Source: Azolla caroliniana
Taxonomy: Eukaryota > Plantae > Polypodiophyta
DNA: 64,000 nucleotides
Reading direction: 5' to 3'
NCBI GenBank assembly: GCA_043228905.1
Contig: JBHGNT010000022.1
Location: forward strand, 5,146,001 to 5,210,000
Under the pieces are notes generated by a model. The model did not search any database and was not told the origin of the DNA. It was given only the letters and a program-made list of their open reading frames with translations. Shown here piece after piece: positions 48,548 to 62,507 of this stretch. Position 1 is the first letter of the stretch. Each line of letters begins with the position of its first letter. The position numbers and the translations under genes are program-made.

Positions 48548-51500
48548 ATGGCTTTATCTGTTGATGGTAAAACAGTGCAACGCATAGAACTTTACAGATG
48601 GAAGAAAATACCTCAGAGATTGGATGTGTGGCCTTTTGTTGCTCTATATCTTTGCTGGATTACCATTCTCATCCCTAAGCTTGATTTCATGGACTCTATG
48701 ATCGTGTTTGGTGTGATTGGTGTCATCCATATCCTGACGTTCTTGTTTGAAACATGGTCAGTGGAATTCCGGTGTTTCGTTCAAGCTTCGAAGGTACACA
48801 CATACATCTATATATGCATATAAATTGGCCAAATTCTATCTGTAATTGGATAAACATTTCGTATATTCGAGGAACTGTTTTATACAATTGATGAGTTGTT
48901 GGATATAACGTGCCAAGTATTACATGCTGATTTGATTGTTGGATATAATGTGCCAACTATTACATGCTGAGTTGATGCTCCGAATCTGTTCAATCTGAGT
49001 CTTGTTATTATTTTCCCTCAAGTTCTTTCAAAGGCACCATTATAAAGAGCTTTTAAGGGTTTAATTTCCTAAAGAATATTGAGGACCTTCATGGGATGGT
49101 GAAGTAGATATTAACAAAAGAATTGGGGAATTCAGAAACGTTCAACAATTTATGAGAAATCCTACTATCAGAAATGAAATTAGCTTTTGAAGGATATGAT
49201 GTAGATAATTTAGCATTAGAATATTATTTAACCTTCAGAGAGTTCTACTTCTAAGTATACATGATTTATGTAGTACAAGTTTTAGTGTGTTCTATTTCTA
49301 AGTGTACATAATTTATATAGGATCAGGTTTAAGATGTCTCTGTTGTTCAGTTATAGAGTCAATTAAATTGATATGATGACTATATTCATTTATTTATCTC
49401 TTTTTGATTAATTCCTCTACGATTGAAACAAGCTTTTTAACAATATGATGTAGATTCTAAGTTTACATAATTTACATAGACCAGTTTTGAGGGTGTGACA
49501 TTGTTCAGCAGTAGGTTCATTGAATGGATAAAATGACTATGGTCTCTAGAGTATATTCGTGCACTGCTTTTGGGAACAGCTCTTGTATTTACTCCTCCCC
49601 TTATTTATAAAAATGAACAATTTCTTACATCAGGTGAAGGACGTAAAGGATGCCACAATCTGCAAAGTCATTCCCGAAAAGTTCTCGGGCTCAAAAGAGA
49701 TTGTGCCACTATGCCATAAAAGCACTGTAAGTTTTACTCAATCACTCCATTAAGACTCCACGGAGAACTTTTGGTCATGCACATATGGATCAATCACTAC
49801 AAATTCATGATTCCTTACTCCTATCTAAAGCATAATCTGTTGCATACTTGGTTTGCAGTTAGGTAATGAGAAAAGTAGTGACGTTACTCATAAAAGTTCA
49901 ACTCTCAAACAGCTTGCAGCTGCTTTACCCTCTGCTGCATCACCAGCCGATGAGGTCTCCTTTGAGTTTAGGAAACAACAATTCATTTACTCTGTAGAGC
50001 TACAGAAGTTTCAGAAGCTTCCATATCCTTGTAAGGAAACATTTGGCCACTATGGTAAATGCACTGGATATGGTTCAGATGCTAAGGCTCAAGCCGCAGC
50101 TACAAAATGGGGAAGAAATGTGTACGTTAAATTTATGTTGTCATGTTTTAAACCATATCTCCATTTTGCTAGTAATTACTTTCATAGAGATGGAGTTCTT
50201 TTCACATTATGGTAGACCCTTTTGTTAATTTCTTTATCAAACTGTTGGGGTCATATTCTAAGGTTTATAAAACTGATGTAATTCGTTGTCTTTATTATGT
50301 TTAAAATTGGTTTTTATATTTAAACCATTACTACACATATAACCTCGTAAAAGATAACCTATTCTTCTTTTTTGTTATTTTCTTCAGATTTGAGTTTCCT
50401 GAACCTACATTTCAAAAACTGATGAAAGAGCATTGCATGGAGCCTTTCTTTGTTTTCCAGGTAAATAACTATTTGAAATGTCTATTTCTCACTCAGAGAG
50501 CACTGAATGTTAAGTATTTACTTGTTTATATATACGGTTTCAGGTATTCTGTGTAGGTCTCTGGTGTCTTGATGAGTACTGGTATTACAGCATTTTTACT
50601 CTCTTCATGCTATTTTTGTTCGAGTCCACTGTGGTAAAGAGCAGGATTAGGACATTGGCAGAACTAAGAAGAGTGCGGGTAGACAGCCAAACTTTGATGG
50701 TCCATCGTGGTGGAAAGTAAGTGTTTTTCATCTAATATATGTTCACATGTGAATGAATTTGTGTTGAAATTTAAATACTTTTCTATGTTTTCTGAACATG
50801 TGAATGTTCTACTGATATTCCTATAACTTACACTGATTCTAATTTATCCCATACATACTGAAGAGACTGTGAGAAAAGTTGTTAATAGCAGCAGCGGAAG
50901 ACTTAAAACAAAATAGGCACAGCCAAGCTGTGAGAAGGCTGTTAGACAGCAGTAGAAAAAATGGTTGCAAAGATTAGAGACACAGCCAAGGAATTGAGCT
51001 TGTTTTAAGTAGCAAAAAAGAAAATGAAAACTATACAAAAGAGGCTGGTATAGCCTATTTATACAAAATTGGGGAATGTGGGTGAAATGGCTGTTTGGTA
51101 GTTAAGTGACTCTTGTACTACCAAACAGGTACAAAAAACTAGGAATAAAAGGGAATATCTTGGAAAAGGTATTTAAAGCATTGCAGATTCTAGAGAGAGA
51201 AGGCATGTAAAGCATTGCAGATTCTAGAGAGAGAAGGCATTTAAAGAGTTGCAGATTCTAGATAGAGAAGAATCTGAGAAAAGAGAGAATGTAGTACAGA
51301 GATAATAAATATGAAAGAGAGTGCAGGTCTGGAGCTGCCACCCTCCAACAGAGACATGGCCTTATGTGGCTTTCACAATTTTTGACGTGGTTGTGTTTTA
51401 ATCAATTATTACCCATGTAAGGATATCATGAGAAGTTATTCAAGCACACTAAGAGTTTGCGATTCAGGTCACATTTAACTCGTTATATAAGTGATAGAAA

Positions 51501-54500
51501 CTCAAAAATGCAGGACATATACTCAACATTTCTTGCAGTAAATGTTGATATACGAACATTACCCTTTTGTTTTGACTTTTCTTTATATGAAAAGTGATAT
51601 ATAAAGAGTTCCCACATTAGGATGCCATAAAGTTTGGTCAAGCTATGATTGTCTAGGTTTTTTGAATGCTAATATTTGGCCTCTTCTGAGTAAGTTCCAA
51701 GAATATTTTCGAGACAACACTTTGTGCAAAAGAGCACCTGTTGCCAATGCAGGGAATATCACATGCATGTAAATTAGGTGAAGTGGTGTGCCTGCATGCA
51801 ACGTGGAAAAATTTATGTTAAGAAATATAATGCATCAAAGGCTGTGATACATATGTTTAGACTGACTATCTCTACATGTAGTTCAATAATCACAGGCACA
51901 TTCTCCAGAACTATCTATAAATTTCTCATATATGCAAGTTTAATATCACCAGAGCTTAAAAAAATGTATACTAGTGACCATCATCTGAAAAAGGACTTCT
52001 GCATTAGATGCAGTAGGCCTGTAACTAAATTAAAAAGGGAAAACCCTAAATGCCTTCAAGGTTTTTCTTTATTTTCCCACGTGCCCCTTTTCATGCCCAT
52101 CTAAAGCAAGCTATTTGGGAAGTTTCAATCAAATTCATCTCTTATTTCTCTTTTCCGGGTTGGCCCGGGTCATTGTGGAAAATAAAGAAAATATCAGAGT
52201 TGTTTTGTAGTTTTTCTCAATTTAGTATTAACCCTGATTACTACTACTGGAAGGGCAGATGGGTAAAGCTATCAGGTATTGATCTGCTTCCTGGAGATGT
52301 TGTATCCATAGGGCGTCAGGTTGGTCAAGGTTCTGAAGAAAGAACTGTTCCAGCAGATATGCTTTTACTCTCTGGAAGTGTTATTACAAATGAAGCCCTA
52401 CTAACAGGAGAATCAACACCACAGTGGAAGGTATACTGTAATTGATTTCCCAATAAACAGGATAATATAAAATTTCTTACAACTTACCACATTCCCTGAA
52501 GAGGATCAGAGGCATTTATTTCTTCTTATATATATTTTGGTTCACTTTCAGGTTTCTATTGTTGGCAGGCATGCAGGAGAAAATCTGTCCATGAAAAGAG
52601 ACAAAACTCATGTACTGTTTGGGGGGACAAAGATTTTACAGCATTCAGCAGAAAAGGTTATTTCTCTCTCATGTCATCTAGGTTAATCTACGAGGAGGCT
52701 TAGAGGGATCTTAATTAATCTAGTCTAAGCACTAGGGTTTCACATTTTTTTATTAGCATTTAGAATGCTGTGGGAAGAGAATAGGGACATTACCCAAAAT
52801 AGATATGAACTTAAAAGTTTCAATGCGATTCTCAGGGTCACTGTGAGACTTAAGCCCTCAACGAGGCTGAACTGAAGTGTTTACTGAAACTTTCAGATTA
52901 ATATAAGACAGTAAATATACTGCGTGCATTAGGTATATATGAGTGAAAAAAGATGGACAGATGGATATGTCTGTAGTTAGATCAGGGTTAGGGTTAATAT
53001 CTAAGAGACAGGAGCTAATAGTGATGGGCCATGGCTTTGATTATGAAGTAGATGAGGAAGGAGGATGCCTTACTTCATTGGAAGAAAGAAATATGTCTCC
53101 ACCAGGTTTCCCTTGTGAGAAAAGCTGTAAATAGCAGCAGCAGAGCAATTGGAGAAAAAATAGACACAGCCAAGCTGTTAGAAGGCTGTGCAAAGTTAAA
53201 GTTCTTACACAAGAGGCTGGTATAATCGATTTATGCAAAATTGGGAATGTGGGTGAACTGGTGATTTGGTAGTAAAGTGACTCTTATACTACCGAACAGG
53301 TACAATAAATGAGGAATAAGGGAATAACCTTGGGAAAGTGAAGAGAGAAGGCATTTAAAAAGTTGCAGATTCTAGAGAGAACAATCTAGGGAGATAGAAA
53401 TTGTAGAGGAGAGATAATAAAGATGAAAGTGAGTGTAGGTCTGGAGTTGCCACCCTCTAACACCTGTAATGTTAAAACATTAAAAGGAAGTATTGAGGCA
53501 CCATGGCAAGTTGTCTTGGACAGGCCCTAAAGTTAAACATGAAAACTTTTTAGGTCAAGTTTCAGGCAGGCTTTTAGCCCCTCTCTAAGTAAATCCTTTA
53601 AAGAAAATCTTAAGTTACAGCCGTGTTTCAGATTTGGCCTTTCACTGCATGCTGAAATATTTCAGTCAATTCAGTCTAAAGAGGAATGTATTTCATGGAG
53701 ACAAGTGAATCCCTCGAGAAGATGGTATAAATGGAATCCACCTTAATAGTATCATTGTGATCTCATTGCACATCTCGAGTTTGACGGATTTTGCAAATCA
53801 TGCAAGTTAAAAATTCTGTAGTAGATTTTTTATTTAAGTAATCTGTCCATATTATATGTGTTTCATATGTTGCGGATTCAAAGGTGATATATGCTGTATG
53901 ACTTTCTGTTTCATAATTTTCTTTTATTTTTGGTTTTCAACGGCTTCTCCATTCACTAGTTCCTATACGTGGCCTTACAAGGCATTATGTAAGTTCATTT
54001 CTAGTTGACATTGGGGAGAGGCTACTGTGCTGCTGAATAGAGTTGTCGAGATTTCTGCATGGAAAATAATTTGTTTCCATGTTCTCTTTCAAATATGCAA
54101 GCCATTTCCTTAGGTCTTTCATCTCTTTTCAATGAGATGGAGATAGGGATGTATTAGAATAGCATTTTTTTATGAGTGATTTAAGGATTTTAGAGTTTTT
54201 CAACGACCAACCAAAAAGGTTTAACAAATATAAAAAAGGTTCTGGTTATAAACTAAGTCTCATCAACTTCATTGGCAAGTAAATGACTTTGTTTGAACTT
54301 TGAACCTAACAATAGATCCTGAAAACAGCCTTAACAAATAGGAACTGTAGCAATTGTTGTATATCGCTGAAAACAGTCTTAACAAATAGGAACTGTAGCA
54401 ATTGTTGTATATCGCTGAATGTGTATCGGCTAAAAAAAGAGGCAGTGGCGATAAAAATTATTAGAGCAAAGCGAATGAATACAAGATATTGCAAGTTTGA

Positions 54501-57500
54501 TGAATAAGAGTTGCATATATGTATCAGCTTTGAATATCATCATCATCTGTAATTTAGTACTGCAAACCGAACAACAGATCCTGAAAACAGGCTAACAAAT
54601 AAGGACTGTGATGATCGTTGCAGATCTACTGGATATGTATTGGCTAGAAATTAGAGGCTGTGGAGATCATGATTAGTCGGCTAACGAATAGAGACTGAGG
54701 TGATCGTTGAATATGATGTATGAGCTAAAATCTGGAGGCTGTGGTGATTATGATCATTAGAGCAAGTGTGCGTTACACACAATATCTCGTATTTATTTTC
54801 TTTGCTCCAATAACATAATTGCCACAACCACAATTTTTTAGCTGATACATATTCAACGATAATCACAGTTTCTATTCGTTAGCCTTAACCTTGATATCAT
54901 CATCATATCTAAGTCAAGATGATATAGGCTTGTTTCATGGGGCAGAATTGATAAGGCGGAAAGTGAAACCATCATAATGAGAGCAGAATTGAACAGGGAT
55001 TTACAATATGCAATATATATCATTTAACTGAAATCTATGGGCAGATGTTCTGATGGCCATCCCTCACGGTTTAGACAGTACCTATGTATATGATACAAGT
55101 TAATGTATGAAACACATCAAGAATGATTTCTGGTGTCATTGACATTGGAGGATCATCTTTCTCTCTGCAGAGCGGGAACAACTTTTTGAATCTGAGAATG
55201 TGTATCGGAGTTAGGATGTGTACTTCTTCTATCGGGCTAGATGGATTTGCATACAATTTTTCTTGGGTCTTAAATGGAGATACTTTTGAATTTACATACT
55301 TGCAAACTGAAGGAAATGCCAACTTAGCAAATGTAGCTCTTGGTAGTTGTATTGATAGTGTGGCACCTAGCTGTTTGGTGTCATGGGTGTGTATGTATTT
55401 GTTTGTTTATTTATAATCCCTTTTTTGTTCTTTCTATTTCTGTCTGTCACCCCAGGAAAGGAAAAATTTATGCAAGAGTGCATGCTTTACTAAAATGATA
55501 ATGTGGGTTTAAAAAATCTACAGTATCCTGCAAATTATCTCACGTGCTTTCTTTTCTTCAAAATTTATGCAAATAAGGAGGCTTTTAAACTGTATATGTT
55601 CTACTTTTGAAATGTGTTCTATAATTTTGAATAGCGATTGTGCATTCTGAAGCTTTTTTTACCTCCAGACCGGGCATCTGAAGACTCCTGATGGTGGATG
55701 TCTTGCTGTTGTGGTTCGAACTGGCTTTGAGACAAGCCAGGGGAAACTGATGCGAACTATTCTGTTCTCAACAGAACGGGTCTGTGATTTTCTGACTCTG
55801 TTATCGTAGAAGATGTTCTAGTTGTGGCAAACTGAAGTGCTTGGTTTTCACTTATGTAGGTGACTGCAAACAATTGGGAAAGTGGTCTTTTTATTTGTTT
55901 CCTTGTCATTTTTGCTCTTGTGGCAGCAGGATATGTCCTTAAAAAGGTAATTTCATTCGAATTATGTAGAGATTCATGAAATAGAATAATAATATCATCT
56001 GATGGCATTGAACAACAAGATACAAGAATATTATAACTTAGGACCATAGTATAATGTGCTCCCCAGGGTTTGGAAGATCCATCACGAAGCAAATACAAGC
56101 TTTTCCTGAATTGTTCCCTCATCATCACCTCAGTCATACCACCTGAATTACCAATGGAGCTTTCAATTGCTGTTAATACTTCACTTATTGCACTGGCGCG
56201 TAAAGGAATATTTTGTACTGAGCCATTTAGGATACCTTTTGCTGGAAAGGTATGTCTTTGAGCACATTGTGTGTAAGCTTGGTCTCTATGCAATCCATCT
56301 CATGTAATAATGACTTATTATTGCAGGTTGATGTGTGCTGTTTCGACAAGACAGGCACTTTGACTTCAGATGATATGGTGCAACTTTGGTTACTTCTGAC
56401 ATTGTAAATCTGTAGACAATGCACATCTCTCGATTGATGGATTTTTTTCAGGAATTTCGTGGAGTGGTCTCTCTTGATAGAGATCTGGAGCTCGAAACAG
56501 ATCCAAGTAACCTGGATGAAAAGGCTGTACAAGTTTTAGCTGCATGCCATGCACTTGTTTTTGTGGACAACAAACTAGTAAGATCTTTGAAATCTTAAGA
56601 TTGCTTCATAAATCAGTAAAATTGTATGTGTGACTTAACCTTTCTGTTTATAATTTTCTTTAGGTTGGTGATCCGTTAGAGAAAGCTGCCTTGAAGGGAA
56701 TTGAATGGGCATATACTTCAGATGAAAAAGCAATTCCACGCAAGTAATGATGAACTGCACACTACCTGTCTATGTTGACCTCTGTGTGTGATTTAACTTT
56801 TGAATGAAGTTGGTACTGATATTGTTAGATTTTATTTTCAGAGGAAATTATGAACCAGTGCAGATATTACAGCGACATCACTTTGCATCTCATTTGAAAA
56901 GAATGTCTACAGTAGTACGTGTGCAGGATTCTTATTTTGCTTTTGTCAAGGTACGGAGTGTTTGTCTACTGATTTACATGATCTTGACTCAATGATAGTA
57001 GCTGAATATGATCCATTTTCATTTTTGGATGTGACTTTATAATGAAATGGAAGGCCATTATCCATTGTACTGTAGTGCTTTCTGTTTCTAAGCAGCCTTT
57101 TGAGACATACCTTATTGAAGCATTTCCCTTGTGCTTTTTTTATTTTACTTTTTAACCTGTTGATACATGCGGTTCATTTATTGGTTTATCTGTGCATATA
57201 TTCATTCTTGCATCCTCATGAGTACGGTTGATGATTATGAATGTACAAAAATGATGTTTCTTTAACATTTCTGGTGTTTCAAAAGGGAAGAAAGCAAAAT
57301 TACAAGCGTAGTATATAGGGTCTAAGTGATTGGACCACTTATTTTGACTGTATACTCAACATGGCTTCCGAGTTTAAATATAAACAGGGTCAAAATGGTT
57401 GGATCACTCAACAACCAAAATCTGAGGAACCCAATAAATGTTAGAGGAAACATCAATGTTCATAATACAGAAAGTCGTTTTTGTCGTGAGGCATGAGTTG

Positions 57501-60500
57501 GATACTAGGAATGACAAAAGAAGAGTTCGAGATAAGAGAAGAATCCGGTACTTTGCTAAAAAGACTTGGAGACATATTTAGGAGTTTTAAAATAAAGTAT
57601 CGTGCTGCAATGTGATTGTTTTTTCCAAGAGAATAAAGTGCAACGTTACTATGGGTTTTTGATGTTAAAAAACTTCAACATAACGAACGGGTATGTGATA
57701 TAAAAAAAATGCACACAGGCACACACATTATTGTAAAAGGAATGTTAAAATCAATGAAAGACATGAGCACATATGTTTGATTTGTGCAGACCAGAATGAA
57801 ACATATGCAGGTGTTTGGAATGCCAATATGGTATGCACACATCTAGGGTAGATCGGTGTATAATATTGTGATTCTTGGAATTTTTATTTTTAATAAAATA
57901 ATTCTGGTCTGTAATGTATGTGCAGGGTGCACCTGAAGTCATTCAAGAAAGACTTATAGAGGTAAACCGAAAGTATGTTGAAACCTATAAGCACTTTACT
58001 TGCCAGGGATCAAGGGTTTTATCACTGGCATTCAAGAAGCTGCCAGACCTTCCGGTATGCAAAATGGGTTAAATATTCTCATAATATCGTCGTCTTTGAA
58101 TTTTCCACAATGTTTTTATTTAGATAATTTTTTAGGTTGGTGAATTGCGGAATCTTGAAAGAGATTTTGTGGAGGAGGGTCTGTTGTTTGCTGGATTTTC
58201 GGTATGGATATTAACTAAGTCTTAAGCATAATCTGAAGGAAATGATTACTTTCTAGCATCTTTCAACCCTCATAAAATACATGCAGGTTTTTGCTTGTCC
58301 TCTTCGTAGCGATTCTGCAAGGGTTTTGAAAGAGTTGAAATCTTCTTCTCATGATCTGGTATGTGTAATTTTGATTTGAGTGATAATGGTGTTACTTTTG
58401 TCACTACTCATCCATCTCTATGCCTATAGGTTATGATTACTGGAGATCAGGCATTAACCGCTTGTCATGTAGCTCGTCAAGTCTATATTCTATCTCACCC
58501 AGTTTTGATTCTAAGCTCAAAACAAGTTAGTGGGAAGTTTGAATGGTTATCTCCAGATGAAAAGGAGCAGTTACCCTTTCAGTACGGGCTAAATTAAACT
58601 TTACTGTTTAATTACTGCAAAGATGTGGTTTGTTACTCTACTTGACATTTACTTGATTGTATGTTAATGATATCAGAGATGAAGGTGTTGGGGTCTTATC
58701 TATCACATATGATCTATGTATTACTGGAGACAGTATTGCCCTGTTGCAAAGAAATGGAGCATTGCAATTAGTCATTCCTTTTATTAAGGTTTGGTTTTGT
58801 GTTGGTGATTTATTATAATGTGAAATTATGTCTCTCGTATGATAATGTATGATTATACGTATGCATTATAGAGTGGTAATGAAAAGCACCTGTCCTTTTG
58901 TTGTATGATATAAGAAAGTGTTATTATACACATCACGAGTGTTAGCCAGTGGATCCAACCATAAAATAATAAAGATTATGCAGTCTTTGCAAGGTTAATG
59001 TTTTCCACAGTTTGATATTTGTGTATGGGTTTCTCATGTGCGCTAATGGATTGTATTTGAGAATGCACATAAATTCAATTGAAAATATCTTATGGAGTGT
59101 TTTGACGTTTTACTTCTGGCAGGTGTTTGCACGAGTTAGTCCTGACCAAAAAGAACTTGTACTTACGACACTGAAGGCTGTTGGACGTACTGCATTAATG
59201 TGTGGAGATGGTACAAATGATGTTGGAGCATTGAAGCAAGTATGGTTTGGGTAGAATTTACGTCATTTGAGATGTTATATAGCCTATAAGCATGCCGTTT
59301 GATTGATACAGTTCAGTGGTTTCAGTCACATGTAGGTGTTGCCCTTCTGAATGCTCTTCCACCTGACCAACCATCCTCAAACTCCACATCATCCAAGCAA
59401 TCTTCATCTTCAGCTGCGAGTGGTTAGATATGTTAATATTGGTATATTTTTATTCATGCCCTTAAAGAATGGCATCATTATATTACTTTCTTGCAGGGAA
59501 GGTTGTAAAGGTTAAGAAAATCAGGAGCACAAATGTACCATCTTCTTTGGGCATTTCTACCTCATTGTCAAATCAAACCCCTCAAAATAGGAGTGGTGGT
59601 GTATTGAACAGGCCAGTAAAAGTCAGTTCTAATTCGATTAACTTACAAGGGTCAAACTCAGGTGAAGGTAACTCAAGCAATCGCCAGCTTACCCCTGTAG
59701 AGAGGGAGAAACAGAAGCTAAAGAAACTGATGGATGAACTGAATGAAGAAGGTGATGGAAGGGCAGCTCCCATGGTAAAACTTGGTGATGCTTCAATGGC
59801 ATCTCCATTCACAGCAAAACACTCATCTGTGCAACCAACAGTAGATATAATTCGTCAAGGAAGGAGTACTCTAGTAACAACGGTGCAGATGTTTAAGATT
59901 CTTGGGCTTAATTGCCTGGCCACTGCCTATGTGCTGAGTGTGATGTATTTAGATGGTGTTAAACTTGGAGATGTACAAGCTACTATCAGTGGCATTTTCA
60001 CAGCAGCTTTTTTCCTTTTCATTTCTCATGCACGTCCCATGGAGACTCTATCAGCTGAGAGACCACATGCCAACATTTTCTGTGCTTATGTTTTCCTATC
60101 GCTCTTGGGGCAGTTTGCTATCCACATCACATTTCTCATTGCGATGATGAATGCTGCAGCTGAATACATGCCAGAAGAATGTATCGAACCAGACTCAGAA
60201 TTTGAGCCTAATCTTGTAAATACAGTTTCTTACATGGCCAACATGATGATTCAGGTCGCCACATTTGCAGTTAACTATATGGGTCATCCTTTCAATCAAA
60301 GCATAAGGGAGAACAAGGCCTTTTTTTATGCACTTACATCTGCTGGTATTTTCTTTACTGCAATCACATCAGATATTTTTCGAGCACTGAATGATTCTCT
60401 ACGGCTAGTTCCATTGCCTCAACCATTCGGTTACAAGCTGCTGTTGTCTGCATTAGTGATGATGATCAGTTGCTATACGTGGGAGCAAATACTTAGAAAA

Positions 60501-60590
60501 CTTTTTCCTGGTAAGATGCCCGCATGGCAAAAAAAGTTGCGACGGTCGTCTGCAATAACTAAGGGAATTGATGATAAGAAGAATGAGTAA
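48548..60590 (+). CDS. PDR2: P5A-type ATPase (PDR2/MIA, SPF1/ATP13A1 orthologue), about 22 exons
   Basis: Exons begin 48548-48793, 49634-49726, 49913-50121, 50388-50460, 50544-50716, 52259-52430, 52552-52656, 55669-55779; last exon 59497-60590. Motifs [15 protein letters not shown] (P5A), CFDKTGTLT (~56340), [35 protein letters not shown]. Confidence 0.97.
50868..51350 (-). mobile_element. Solo LTR in P5A-ATPase intron 5
   Basis: TGTGAGAAAAG..CCCTCCAACA with 5-bp TSD GAGAC (50863-50867, 51351-51355); minus-strand TATAAATAG. Confidence 0.8.
53114..53462 (-). mobile_element. Second solo LTR of the same family in intron 7
   Basis: TGTGAGAAAAG..CCCTCTAACA, collinear with 50868-51350 but shorter; TSD not intact. 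Confidence 0.75.
54305..54884. repeat. Intronic tandem units ending in a foldback
   Basis: 48-bp duplication 54320-54418; related units ~54590 and 54679; imperfect inverted repeat 54679-54752 vs 54814-54884. Confidence 0.65.
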
Positions 60591-62507
60591 TATATAGTTT
60601 ATCTTTGGTGACTTGCCAACAAATGTGTGAATCACATCACGTGCCCTTCTTTTTTGGTTCCCTCAAATGGCCTACTTTTCTGGGTTGGGGACAAAGATGG
60701 CTTTTAGGAAATTCCAATTTTGTTAAATGATCTGTTACAATATGAAGTAAAGAGGTGGCTTTTTGATTATTTTGTTGTAAAAACTGTTATGGTTCCAGAA
60801 GAGTCTCTTTTCTGGTAAACCACCAATTCATAACATTCTTATGGTGGCTTTTTGATTATTTGTTGTACAACTCTTATGATTCTGGAAGAGGAAACTCTGT
60901 TTTGGCCACTGATTTGTAGCATTTTTGTATTCACCAATTGTAGTCTACTGACAGTTCATTAAGAATGTGTTTCATTCTCTAGCACATCTATGTAGTGTTT
61001 CATTAGGAATGTGTTTCACCAATTGTAGTCTACTGACAGTCCATTAGGAATATGTTTCATTCATGCCACCATTTCTGTTTAATGCTTGGAGAAGGCAATC
61101 CTCATTTTAAAGATGCTATGGATGTGTAGTTGGGATTTAAAAATATGCGAAAATGTGGAGAAATATTGAAAATAAATGCTTTGTACTTAAAGAAAAACAA
61201 GACACCTAGGATGTGTTAGGTTTCGATGTCACTAGTTAGAAGCCACCAGGAAATTATGAAATAGTTGATGAAAGTGCTCCATTTTGAGCTGTATTGTGTC
61301 TATTACATGTACAAGTGCCAAGAACCCTCATACAAGTGCTCTATTCCATATGTTAGATTTGTTAGCCATTGGATCTAACAACCTACATACGTGTACACTA
61401 TTGGGTTGTAAGAGCCCTAAGGCACATTGGTAAATGTAGATTCTACCTCTCATGCTCTTTCAATTGTGTTTATGTTTGCTCGAGTAATGGCTGTAGACCA
61501 TTTAGAGGAAATGGTGGGAAACTTATTGAGTAGGTAGGTGCATCAAAAGATTTAACAAATTTTTATGACTAGCTTCCACTAGTTCCATAATCCATTGTTG
61601 AAGGCCTTCTGTATACTTAAATCACCAGCTGTCCACGTTGCCATGACATTAGAACAAAATCTTGAGAACAAACATTACAAGAGTTGATGAATTCTTTGAG
61701 TGGTTTCAATTGCTGAAGTCCACCAATTATTTAGTGGTGCAAGTATGAGAGTCTTTGTTTCATAGAAATGACCAAACTTCGTCATGGCGTTGTGAAATAT
61801 CTAAGCCTATACAAATTTTCTATCTACCATGGTAATCGGGTTGTGTGAGGGGAGTCCATCTTCAAATGTGAACGTTAATCTCAAGTAGCAGACGTTTAAT
61901 CTCTGTCTTGTAAGCTTACAAATAGCACCAAAGCAGACTTTGTGCGGTTGTGAACGTTGCAACCAAAACATGACTAATGTTTTTCACGATAATTAGGATA
62001 GCTCCTTGCCAAACAAATGTAGGCGATGTTGAATCAACGAAGATGTGCACATCTTGCATCAATGGGAGTTATAGTATTGGGAGGAATCATGAGTTGCTAT
62101 CAAATTGTATGGGGTGGCAATGATCCTGGGTAGGGAGGACCGGTGCACAAGCAATGGGACAAAGTCTTTTATGGTCATGTTGTGACTTAAGGCATTGCCA
62201 ACGAAAGCCTTAACGGTAAGGAAGCATTAGAATGTTTGATGGTCAAGGTCATACTTTGCGACCACAATGTCATTCCTTTGCGTAATCTTATATTGTGATG
62301 GTGGATAAGTGTTGTGGAAGTATTGGAATACGAAAACTAGCAATCATTGTTAGATAGAATGTGACACTTACCAAAACTCACGACATTTACACAAGAGGGG
62401 CCAATAACACTTGATCACCACGATAGAGCTACTTAATTCATAGTAGTAGAAGGAGAACTTGTTCAAGGTCCTTCTCCAATGCAACACAGTTTTTGAACCA
62501 TCTTTAA

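Noticed and set aside
55757-56293. 178-aa minus-strand ORF
   Set aside because: Antisense to P5A-ATPase exons; no independent evidence.
60753-61062. Two pairs of ~45-50-bp direct repeats 3' of the ATPase
   Set aside because: Ordinary local duplications in the 3' UTR/flank; no further structure.
61700-62260. Possible decayed PPR gene fragment (..GHVVT*..NGKEALECL)
   Set aside because: Too short and degenerate to support without an HMM search.
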